A stretch of DNA of 54,387 nucleotides, filler included, from Sphacelaria rigidula (taxonomy: Eukaryota): NCBI GenBank assembly GCA_964200075.2. It is 5 parts of 5 records of this genome, joined end to end, with 100 filler letters (N's around TTAATTAATTAA, not from the genome) between each part and the next. Parts side by side here need not be neighbours in the genome. Positions count along the whole stretch, not along the records: positions 32,696 to 43,491 come from CAXNAA020005893.1; positions 43,592 to 54,387 come from CAXNAA020005894.1; 3 more parts are not named here. The stretch is one strand, 5' to 3'. A model generated the notes under the pieces. The model searched no databases and was not told the origin of the DNA. It saw only the letters and a list, made by a program, of their open reading frames with translations. The translations under genes were made by a program, and so were the position numbers. This document shows, in pieces, positions 35,701 through 46,398 of the stretch. Positions within the stretch are counted from its first letter, which is position 1. Each line of letters opens with the position of its first letter.

Positions 35701-38700
35701 GTGAAGAGGGGGGGGGGGGAGCAACATGTCGGCGAGCTGCTCGCTGGTATAGTTCTGTTGTTTACATGTACCGTAGTCGACCGTGAAACATTGACAAGTG
35801 CAATCGCCATATCTTTACAGGTATAGATCGCGATAGGTGCCAGGAATCTTGTATTGATCATTACTGTTTATAAACTCTGATTGATTGATTGGTTGGTCGT
35901 CAGGCATTATCTGATTTCCGACGGAATCGGCCGTGGTCATTATTTACGAGGGAGACGTGCCCATCATGAACATAACGGAAACGCTCGCTGAAGAAGAAAA
36001 AATGGAAATAACAGCATATACTCCTGCTGTTGTAATAAAACAAGAGGAGTAGACGCAGAAACAAAACCAAAACCAAAAACAAGCAGAAAAGGAAAAAACG
36101 AAGGACAAGGATGAAACAACTTAAAAAACGGCCGTGTGCAAAAAACACGCACGCACCCATATATTAAACAAACAAAAGGTCGTCGGAGCTGACTGCGGCT
36201 AAGCTATTTTGGACCATATTGTTTGGGCATGAACTCTCCTCCGTGAGCCGTACGGAAGCGCGGCACCCAACCGCTATTACATGACGCTGAGAGAACAGAA
36301 ACAGTGGGAGTTGGAGAGAGGTGGAAAGAGAAAACAGAGAGGAAAAAGAACACGGACGCGACAAAATCCTAGGACAATGTAGGGCATGATATGTAACGGG
36401 GTCGTCTGTTGTCATAGGTGATCCCGCTTGGTCATCTTTGTAGCGCGTGTTCCATCGGATTGTTGATTGTTACGCAATACTGACTAATGGCGGGACCTTC
36501 TTACAAATCATGTTTTGTTTTTATAATAGTAGCCCATCCTGAACGAAGTGACCAGGCGATCTTTCAACACACACATTCGACTCGTCCCCCAATACAGTAG
36601 TGCAGTGCACGAGAAGCGTTCCCTTCGACGAGAAATAAAGCGCACGTGTGACCACTCTCCTGCAGTAGACGCCACCCCTCACGGAGCTAGCAGCACACTT
36701 GCCCCCTTCGGGCGTGTGGCCGCCTTGCGAAACAACATCGCCTACTGACCTACAACGCCGGTAACCCTGACGCTACAAGTGTAGCTCAGCAGCTCTGCCC
36801 TGTTTGCGAGTACCACCCGGGATGACTACGTATCATCTCACCGTGTATTCCGTGACCCCCAGCCCTGGGCTCTTGCAACTCGTTCCACTGCGGCGTCAAA
36901 CACGATCAGTTTTTTATTAGGTAGATTCGTCTGCATCAAGCCATCCAGAAACTGAACATGGTTGATGACTGAGTATGCCGGATTTTCCACCGGAGATGTA
37001 TTTGATGATTTCCGTTGAGGCTCCCTCCACTTGTCTTGGCGTTGATGCGAATATATATATATATATATATATTGTACACCCGGAAGCCCTATCAAAAGTA
37101 TAATTACGCCTGTGTTGGAAACCCTTGATAATCGCTTCCTGATCTTGGTCATTTTCCACCCTTGCCCCCGACTCCGTTGAACGCTACTTCGTGAGCAGGT
37201 CACCCCGAACGTCCCGGACGGGTACGGGCCATCATGAATTCCTTGCTGAGAAAATTCCCGGAAATACGTACGCTCCTAGCGCCGGAGGTGAAGGTCGAAC
37301 AGGTATGTATGTGCGTCGTTGGTAGATGTGCCCGGGCGTTCGCGCGGCCCTCGCATCCGAAATACTCTTTTCTTCCCTATTTAGACGGGGCTGTCCTGTG
37401 TTGTCAGTTGTCGATGTCAGCCACCTCTTGGGTTACGCCAGCCATTTGCGAAACAGTAATACGGCATGCGCGGTCATGAACAATCCCTACCTCGCATCCC
37501 CTGCTCGAAATAAGGCCATGCCTGGGAAAATCAAACACGACAGTTGTAATTGACAACAGGTACTACGGTTCCACACCCGCGCCCACGTGGACGGAATAAT
37601 GCGGTTGTGCGAAAGGAGCGAGAGGTGGGCAAACATGGAGAAAGAATTACAAGCCAAGAGAGAAGGCGGCGGCGGCGGCGCCGGGCGACAGGCAAGCGGG
37701 ATCGACAACGGGCCGGCAGGAGGCGGTATCGCGATGATAGACTCAGATACTTCAATCACGCCGGGTTCTCGTGAGGCGATATTTCGAGCGGCTGGCGCTG
37801 CTTGCTTCGCCATTGACGAAGTGAGCTGTTGTGTGGTGTTGTTGCGCGCGTTGATGGAAGTTTCAACTCCCGTCGTATACCAGGCTGGGATGGTGAGAAC
37901 CGTGATTGGTCATCGGCGTTCATTTCGGAACAGTTTAAGCACAGAAGCACAAATGTGGAAACAAGCAGCATCAGGAGGAAAATGGACATGTGAGCGAGCT
38001 GGGCCGCACGAGCCGTAATTCGTCGCGTGCTACTATTTTAGGGAAGAAATGCGCGTGTTTGTTGAATGTCCACCGCGACGTGTCTGAGGAGGGTATTTGC
38101 GAATGATACGGCCAAAACAACTGGCTAGATCGACGTCGCTCTGCTGCTCGTCATCATTCGGCCAGTAGCTTTGTTTCTCGTTCAGAGTCTAACTCTAGCC
38201 CCTTGGGCGCGATACCAAGTTTCGGAACAGTATTACGGGGTGACATTTTGGCGGAAATGAGGAAGGGCGGAGGGGTTGGGGAGGTGTTCGGCTCACCTGG
38301 GAATGACGGTGAATTCGATATGTATCTCGAAAAAAACTGAAGTGTCGTCAGCTGACACAGGAAGATCCCGCTGCGCGACAGTAAGAATCGACGGAAATGA
38401 TGTCCCGTAGATTTGCATCACATTTGGCCGGCCGGTGGTGCTGGTGTGGTAGTGCAGCCGCGGGGGTCGTGTGTACGGGCGCCGCCTTGTGCGAAGGTTG
38501 CGGCGGAGCGCTACCAGGAGAGTGTGGATTTGTACAGCACAGCATGCAGGGTGGCTGATTGCGTGGCTGACTGCTCACCTTTTGGCTGACCGACTTGGGA
38601 CTGACGGAAAAGTACGAACCCCATCCAGTTGCTGGAGTCTTGTCCCCACCTCATGAAGAAACGTATTGCACAGGTGCTTCTTTGCCTCTCGCCTACGCTC

Positions 38701-41700
38701 TCGTCTCGACAACAATCACGCGTTGGTTTTCTTGTTGCCCCATTCGCCCTTTGCTGTGCATGCTCCGTAATCCTTTGATCCTCCGCCCTCCCTCCCCCCG
38801 CCAAAACAAAATACAAAACAAACAAGGTGATGTCTGGTCGTGCCGTCAACGCATTTTGTTGCGTCAGACCCCCTGGACACCATGCAGAGCCAGACAAGGC
38901 GATGGGATTTTGCTTTTTCAACAATGCGCCCATCGGAGCGCTGCATGCTCAGGTTAGCTTTCGTTGCAATATGACGTAGCAAGCTAGGGTTAGGGCTCGG
39001 TGCTGCGGTGTGAGCGTAGATGTAGCTTAGTTTTGCTGTGTGAACGTGAGCGGAGGCCATTGCCGACATCTTGCTGTGTTGTGCGGTGTGAAACATGGGC
39101 GTAGAAGGTAGTCCTAGAAGCCGTGATCTCTGTACCTGGGATTCCTCTTCCTGTACACTGAAGTAAGATCAGAAGAAAAATGGAAAATGACCAGACCGCA
39201 TGTTTTGTGAGCACTTGCGTATCGGGTTATTATAATGTGTTCCCTTCAAACGGAGGATGAATTATATCGCACTGCGGAGTACTCTGAGAATTTGCTGTTT
39301 TCAAACGCGAGTGAAACCAAATAGTAAGAGGTCTTGAATCTTGATGGCGCTTTTTTTTCTTTCATATCCTGTGCGTGCTGTGCGTTCAAAGCCTCCACGG
39401 TTCGGATGAATCATCGCCGGTTCGAATCACCGAATCTACGATTCACCAGGCCTGATCGCTCGAAGGGGAGAAAAAAAATGACCCCTGGTCAAAAAGGTCT
39501 CGACGCATTTTTTGCACCATTTCACGTGCCTGGACTAAGCGTAGCTGGGTTGCAGCGCTGAAACCAAAGGCGAAGGATTGATTCATTCGGTACGAATCAA
39601 TTACCCTAAAATCAAGTAGTTTCCAGACGAATCATTGATTTGTCCGACCCGTGAAAGCCTCGTGCACCCACCAGACCAAAAATGACCCGCGAAGGCACAG
39701 AAACAGCGTAATCGTTGATGTTGGTCATTCATGTCTTCGACGCATCAAAATTCGAACGGTCACATCAGTGGGGGGTAGTAAATACATATATGCATACGTT
39801 AACCACATTTTTTAACCCCGCCCATCGATGATGCATTATACGGCGATGCCATACCATGTAGTGCCACGTGGCCGTGATGTATCTACCGCGTCGTGTTGTG
39901 TAGCGTGTTGTGCAATGCAATCCAATGCTACATACGTTATGCCATGCTGCATGAAGGGCAGCGATATAAATGCTTCCACGTGATACGACATGGTGCAACG
40001 CTGAAGTTTGTGTGTTTCGCACTACGTCTACATATACGTTCAGGCGGAGCTTGGGGCGGAGCGAGTGGCTGTGGTGGACATCGATGTGCACCACGGAAAC
40101 GGCACGCAGGCTTTCTTCAGAAAGGACTCAACCACATTCTATGCCTCCTCTCACCAGGTGCAAATTCGCGATTCAACGCAACAAGAAACAATAGCTGTGA
40201 AAAAAATATACGTACAAGCTTCGCTCAAGGTGAATCGCACACAGTCAATATTCGCCTTTTTTATGGCAGCCGAAACCGCGCGTTGGTGCGAGATTCTTGT
40301 TTTCTGTTCGTGGTTTTTTCGCCACGGCGTGATCGAAACTCAAAAACAGTCCCTCTGCCGCTGAATAGGTGTGCTGTGTGTTGTCATTCCGTCTGTTCTG
40401 GAGGCCATTCCACACGTTTTGGTGTGTGGGTGCATCAGCCGGGGTTACACAGGAGGAAGGTCAACACACAGGAGTTATTTATTTATTTATTTTTTTGTTT
40501 TGGTACTTGCCTACCTTGGTTTTTATGGTGAGAATTTTTCAGCAGTTTCTTTCCCTTGTCGATCGTATAGTCGAGCTTCATGTACCCACGATATTCAGTC
40601 GCTCTCCAATGTTGGGCTTTGATGGTATGATCGATTGATTGACGCACTTTAATTGACCCCCCAGGGATCCAGCCGTGATTAGATGATAGACATACCCGAG
40701 ACAAAATCAAAGCTGAAACACTCGCTGAAGAAAAGAGAGTGAAGAGAAAAAAGTAGAACGAAACAACATGGTAGACTAAGACGTAAAAAAAAAAAATGAA
40801 AGAGAAGAAAAGAAGAGAAAAGAAGAGGAAGACATGGCATGATGGGATAAAATGTCCCAGATCGTGTGATTGCACTGAGATTCGAACCCACGTCCCAACC
40901 GTTAGAAGATTTCTAGGTTACCGACTGAGTTACGGGCGCGACCGGTTTGTATACACATGATGAAAAGCTGCACATTTTCACACACCTCTTCCTGCCGGCT
41001 TGCTATTCTCTAACGTCGTGTTGTTTGGACACAATCAATCAATCAGTGAATGAGTTAACCAAACGTAGACACCGGGAACACATCCCTTAACACACGCGCG
41101 CACACACACACACAGGGACCGGAATTTTATCCAGGTACCGGGTATGACAGCATCAAGGGGGTGGCTAGGAATATCGTGAACGTCAGCATGGGTCCCGGAG
41201 AGGGTTCGGAACCGTTCCGCAAGGCGTACTCCGAGGAAATACTCCCCGCACTGGAGGCGTTTCGACCCGGGGTAATTGTAATATCTGCAGGATTCGATGC
41301 GCACGAGGATGACCCCCTGGCTTCCATTCGCCTGGATGCAGAGGATTATCGATGGGTGACCCAGGAGATTTGCGCCGTTGCTGATCGGGTGCGTCATTTC
41401 TTCGTACTTTGCTTTGTTTTTTGTCACTTTTGTTCGTTTTGTGTTCATCTGCTGACGTCTTTGTGGTTGTAGTTGGTTCGTCAGCTTTTCTTCTAACCTG
41501 TGCCTTCATTTTTTTGTTTTTTTTCGATGGCCCTTGCCGGCTCCGCTTTGGTCTGAGCTGTGGTTCACTGGACAGTACCGTGCTTGAAACATCGAAACGT
41601 AGACGTCTCAGGAGGTGCTGGCACTACACTACGCTACAGCAACACATCCTTACAGCAATGTGGTGTGGATGTATGAAGACCTGCACGTCGTAACGAGTTC

Positions 41701-42309
41701 ACCTTCCACATGTTTTGCACATCGCTCGAACAAAACCTACTTGAATCTTCGTGTGTGTCTGCGTGTTTTGCGTTTACCTCATAGGTGTGCGAGGGACGAG
41801 TAGTTTCTATCCTCGAAGGTGGGTACAACCTGCAGGCCATTTCCCAGAGCGCGGTGGCGCACGTGGAAGCTCTCCGCGAGGCGTCTGCGTCAAGAACATC
41901 GCCTCCACTGCCTCCCGAGTCATCATCCATGACAACGGCATCGACAACGACGACGACGACGACGATGACGGCAATAGCACCGTCTACCCAGCCGCCAGCG
42001 GAGGCGACAACGGCAGCGTCAACACCGGCAGCGTCAACACCACCACCAGCTATAACAGCGACGGCAGCAACGATAACGACAGCGCCCGAATCAGCATCAA
42101 CAGTAACGACAGAGAAAATATCATCATCAGAATCAGGAATGCAGTCATCGCAATCCTCTTCCGAAATGGAAACAAAGCTGTCGTCGGGAGCGCCAGCAGC
42201 ACAGGCAGTAGGAAGAGAAATAGGGCAAGAGGCGGAAGAGTCGGCAGACGTTGTGACGGTAGACCAACTGGCAGAGTCACTAGCTGCTGCGGTGAAAATA
42301 TTGTTTTAA
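35577..42309 (+). CDS. Histone deacetylase family protein, class II / bacterial HDAH-AcuC-like (7 exons, ~508 aa)
   Basis: join(35577-35700, 37199-37302, 37560-37820, 38827-38952, 40044-40157, 41116-41388, 41785-42309). All introns are GT-AG and phase-compatible. Motifs HPERPGR, IDSDT, RPPGHHA, GFCFFNN, DIDVHHGNGT, FYPGTG, SAGFDAHEDDPL and LEGGY. The start ATG is tentative because a possible acceptor lies just upstream. Confidence 0.93.
35878..36060 (-). mobile_element. Probable LINE 3' end with (CAAT)n tail in HDAC intron 1
   Basis: (GATT)n followed by ...GAAACGCTCGCTGAAGAA. A related segment GAAACACTCGCTGAAGAA follows GATTGATTGA at about 40633-40740. Confidence 0.45.
37199..37302 (+). CDS. 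HDAC exon 2
   Basis: (G)HPERPGRVRAIMNSLLRKFPEIRTLLAPEVKVEQ, bounded by AG and GT. Confidence 0.9.
37560..37820 (+). CDS. HDAC exon 3
   Basis: VLRFHTRAHV...IDSDTSITPGSREAIFRAAGAACFAIDE. Confidence 0.9.
38827..38952 (+). CDS. HDAC exon 4
   Basis: VMSGRAVNAFCCVRPPGHHAEPDKAMGFCFFNNAPIGALHAQ. Confidence 0.95.
40044..40157 (+). CDS. HDAC exon 5
   Basis: AELGAERVAVVDIDVHHGNGTQAFFRKDSTTFYASSHQ. Confidence 0.95.
40370..40945 (-). mobile_element. SINE family A copy in HDAC intron 5, split by a ~200-bp insertion
   Basis: Minus-strand head TAACTCAGTCGGTAACC...GTGGGTTCGAATCTC at 40875-40945. The body at 40370-40620 matches 2880-3135. The insert spans about 40630-40835. Confidence 0.75.
41116..41388 (+). 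CDS. HDAC exon 6
   Basis: GPEFYPGTG...ISAGFDAHEDDPLASIRL...AVADR. Confidence 0.95.
41785..42309 (+). CDS. HDAC exon 7 (terminal), with Thr/Ser/Ala-rich tail
   Basis: VCEGRVVSILEGGYNLQAIS..., ending at stop TAA. Confidence 0.93.
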   Translation: MCEGRVVSILEGGYNLQAISQSAVAHVEALREASASRTSPPLPPESSSMTTASTTTTTTTMTAIAPSTQPPAEATTAASTPAASTPPPAITATAATITTAPESASTVTTEKISSSESGMQSSQSSSEMETKLSSGAPAAQAVGREIGQEAEESADVVTVDQLAESLAAAVKILF

Positions 42310-42338
42310 TAAGCACTCCCTATTCCGTGTGTGTGTTT

Positions 42339-42386
42339 ATGAGTGAGTGAGTGAGGGAGTGAGTGAGTGAGGGAGTGAGTGAGTGA
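42339..42386. repeat. (GAGT)n microsatellite
   Basis: Seen directly, downstream of the HDAC stop codon. Confidence 0.9.
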
Positions 42387-43426
42387 AGAGAGCACACGCG
42401 AATGTGTGTGCCCAGAGCGTTTTTGGTAACACAGTTTTCGCTGGTCAGGAATATTCTTTAGATGCAGCAGCACGGGTTTGTGTTTGTACTATAATACTAC
42501 TCCACCTTGGTTTTAGACTGCTCTTATCATTTTTGTATCGTATCAGAACGCTGTCCCTCACATACATTTGCTACATGATGATTCATACCCTGCATCCGTT
42601 GACAGTCGGGAGCGTTCTGTGGGAGTGCGTGTGGCAGTTCTCGATTATCGGTTTTGTAACAAAAAGTAATATATTTCGTGTTTAATCCGTGGCCTATCTT
42701 GTTTAACTTGATGATCGCATCCATTGTACTGGTCAGCCTGGGGATTTCTTCGTGCTCTCTGGTTCTCGGGTTGACCCACAGAAACTCGGTAGAACATTTT
42801 GTATGCATGGTTGTCTGATGTGTTCATGGTTTTTGCAATCATCGCAGTTTTCGGTCCGGGACAGGTCTTCTCGCCTTGGTGTCGTCTCTTTTATTCCTTT
42901 TTTTAAGTTGAATTTGGCAAGATTCTTTCGTGTGTTGGTTGTGAGGACGGAAAAAAAAATGCATGGGTGGGATAGGCGTGCATGATGACCATTCATCAAC
43001 TCAAGAAGAGGCGAGAGGAGAGGGAGCCCGCGTTTTTTCTATTCGACGTCTTTTTAAAGAGCAGTCTGATCGGTCGAAACGTATCCTCCCCTTTTTTCGC
43101 TCAGAGGCCAGTGGCTTCGTGTAGGTCACCATTGAGTGGGCGATCAGAGGACATGTTCGTAAACTCGTCTGTCGGTTTTTCGCCTCGTAGAGGCTCTGAT
43201 TTTTTGTTGGCTGTCTCGTGCCGGTAGTGCCTTCATACATGACAATGGTTGAAGATATGTGCGTCTTACATTGGCACTCGATGATTATGTGGTACGTTGT
43301 TTGTGTTGGCCGAGAACCTCGTTTTACTGTATATACATCTCAGTTGGGGTGGGAGGGGTGTATACAACGAAATCAAATGCAAACAAGCTGGCCTGATTTC
43401 ACTAGACTGGCGTGGGCTACCCCTGG

Positions 43427-43491
43427 AGGGGGGGGGTGTACTCATGATCATGCATGCCATAGTCATAAGACCATTGACCTCGCATCCAACA
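43427..43491 (-). mobile_element. LINE 3' terminus (variant of the 14600 family) at a contig end
   Basis: G-run followed by TGTACTCAT...AGTC...GACCATTGACCTCGCATC. Confidence 0.65.
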
Positions 43492-43591
43492 NNNNNNNNN
43501 NNNNNNNNNNNNNNNNNNNNNNNNNNNNNNNNNNNTTAATTAATTAANNNNNNNNNNNNNNNNNNNNNNNNNNNNNNNNNNNNNNNNNNNN
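43492..43591. other. Artificial contig linker
   Basis: N44-TTAATTAATTAA-N44. Confidence 0.98.
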
Positions 43592-44426
43592 TCAACACTG
43601 TAAGGTACAGTACGCTGCAGACCGCACGTGCAGCCGCAGCACGATTCACTACAGACTGCACAGCAAAAATATGAGGCGTAATAATCAGGTGGTCGACAAC
43701 CACACCATCATCTGTGTTATGACGCAACTATGTGCCTCTTATGCACTCCCGGTCCCTTCCGCCGTAGAGTAGGCGTTTTGAGTTGTGACAAAGGAATGAT
43801 TCTGAACCCAAAAAGTGCAGTGTCTACCTCAGTCTACCAGCGGGTGGGTCGCTGTCTAAGGGTTAACAAAAGCACTGCCCCGTGAAGCATTTATAGCCCA
43901 CAGAAATTTCTTGCTGGGTAAAGAGTGATTGTACGTTTCTTTGCTTGGATATTTTTGGCAAAACATTTCAGTTGATTTTTGTGTTGCACCGAACGCCCAA
44001 GGGAGGATATTCATATTCTGGTTCTTTGTGCACCTGCAATATACTTCAGGATAATTTGCTTCATGTATCTAGGTATAGAATACGTGTGTAATGTGGTATT
44101 CGATAGGAAGCATGCAGTGCAACTGTCTTCGTGTATCCAAGTGTGAGAGTAGAAGAATGTAATGATATGTGGAATAGCTAGGTGGACGGTGCATATGCTC
44201 CCCCACCACGCTTACTTCTTTGTTCCCCATCTTCACTCATCACTATCAGGCGCCAGTCCTTGGTTAATTAACAAAGACTACCCGGGGTAGACCTCAAATA
44301 CTGAATAACGCCTACATTTACGGTCGGTCTGTTGGCTTACCTGTCTTGTTTTCGGTTTCTTGTTTCCTTTTATTTTTCTCCTCTCCTCTCTACTTTGTTC
44401 CTTTCCATTTAACTTTTCCTCTGTCA

Positions 44427-46398
44427 GGGTGTGTCTCGGCACCCTTTTTTTCGATCGAAAAAATGGGGCGGTGGAACCGATTTGAGTGATTTTTTTTCTC
44501 GTTATAATGTCGTTGGGACCAGATGGATTTTCAGGCTTTCGATCGAAAAACGACAGTGAAATTCGTGAAACGGTAGAACATAGTCACTCGTGTACAGTAC
44601 AGACAGTATAATCTGAATGTTTGCACTGCTTGCAAGCAGTGTCTTGAGTGCGTGTCTGCGTGTTTCGTACGGGAGGATATAAAAGAGAAGCGGGCAACGT
44701 GCAGTGCAGACAGCCCAGAACTACAGTATCAGTTCTCTCTGCTTACAATGCGACATGAAAAGGACTTGAGCAACGTGCAGCTTTGTACTACCTGCACTGT
44801 CCATGAGCGTGCACGAAACTTGGTTGCCAACCGTACCACGCAGTTTCGTCGCTGATCCCCACCATGAAAGAAGATGCTCGAGTTTTCGCAATGAACAAAA
44901 AATAAACAAGGCATACCCAACTACTGCAGTGTATCTACCCCTGGGCTCAACTCGTGCTCTATGCTGCAGGGTTGCGGTGGTGGCTGAGAATGAATTGGAT
45001 GGGGTTTGCATGGTCCTGTGAACAGGTGTTATCTGGCGTGGTGGTCTGTACAATAGGAGTCAAGTGCCGCTTCGTACCTTTCGACCGCATGTTTTCGATC
45101 GAAAATGATTATTTTTAGGCTTTAGTTCCGTATGCGCGCATAAAGTTGCTCAAAACGCGCATAAAACGCGCATAAAGTTGCGATATTTTTGCTCGCAAAT
45201 GCTCCATGTGGCGTAACTCGTCACCAGACAGGTCGACAGGCGTCAGGCTTCAGGCTCCAACACGCAATACTTCATTTTCAATTTTCCATGGTTATATTTC
45301 GTGTTCCTATTTTGTTGCGGGTCTGATGAGCAGACTGCTCCACTTAACATTTAACACGCATGGTATTGTGTTGCTTTCAAAAATATGACAAGATACTAAA
45401 TAAATTATACACTTGTACTTTGTACAGCAGACAGCAGACAGCAGTAGTAACAGCAGCACCACCAGAGAGAAGTGATCACGAGTGATGGCAGCATTTGTAA
45501 CTCACGAGGCCATGACGGGCCTACTGTCCGAGAAGGACGACGTTTCGGTCGCGGCCTCAGGCGCGCCCTCGGAATACGATTTGCTGTCGTTTTGAGATGG
45601 CAACAAGAATAGGCTTCCCAGTGGGTATCTCGTGGCGATGGATATTGTACTTATTCAGCCATCGTCCGCGTCTATGGAGCGAGTGCTTTCGATTTTTAGG
45701 GAGTGCTTGAACTCCCCGCAGGAGAAGGCGTTGACCGGCTCGAATCCGCAGTTATGATGAAGTACAATTGGTACCGGTAGTTCGACAAGATTTCCAATTT
45801 CGACTGACGGTAGATAATGCGGGGGGGTGGTGGTAGCTGGTAGCTTGTAGCTTGCCGGGCGATAGGCCAAAGGCTGCAATGCCCTGTGTTTAGAGGCTAC
45901 AATGCCGTACTGCTGTATCAAGTATCGTAAGTGTAGTGACGTTTGTTGTTTCCGTACGTAGGTTATAGGGTGTAGGTGTGCAGGTTGTGGTCTCCGAACT
46001 CAATAACTGAAGAAAAGCTTCATTTTTAATTATGAGTAATCAACAAAACTTTGAATGCCCAACTTGTCGTCTTGTCCTCATGCTAGAAGGCGCGCCTCGT
46101 GAGGGGATATACTACTGCCACAACGCCACAACAAGGACGGGGATAAGGCGCATAAAGCGCGCGTAATTTGCGCTAAAAAAGCTTGTTAAAAAAAAATGGA
46201 GCTTAATTTCAAGGGGAAAACGCGCATATGGAACTAAAGCCTAATTATTTTTTGTCTCAAATAATTTTTCTCCGCGCGCCGCTAACTATAATCTCGAGGT
46301 GAAGCCTTCTAGGAACATAAATTCGGTGAACCTATCGGATCGGCAAAAAAAAAATCGACCGCACTTGCTCGATCGAAAAAAAGTGCTGAGACATGCCC
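44427..46398. mobile_element. PIF/Harbinger-like MITE, copy 2 (hosts a different hAT insertion)
   Basis: TIRs GGGTGTGTCTCGGCAC..TTTTTTCGATCGA and TCGATCGAAAAAAAGTGCTGAGACATGCCC. 3-bp TSD TCA at 44424-44426 and 46399-46401. Confidence 0.75.
45116..46243 (+). mobile_element. Internally deleted hAT element with a transposase C-terminal dimerisation remnant
   Basis: 23-bp TIRs TAGGCTTTAGTTCC(G/A)TATGCGCG. Perfect 8-bp TSD ATTATTTT at 45108-45115 and 46244-46251. About 45572-45770 translates YDLLSF*DGNKNRLPSGYLVAMDIVLIQPSSASMERVLSIF, a hATC-like motif. Confidence 0.9.
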
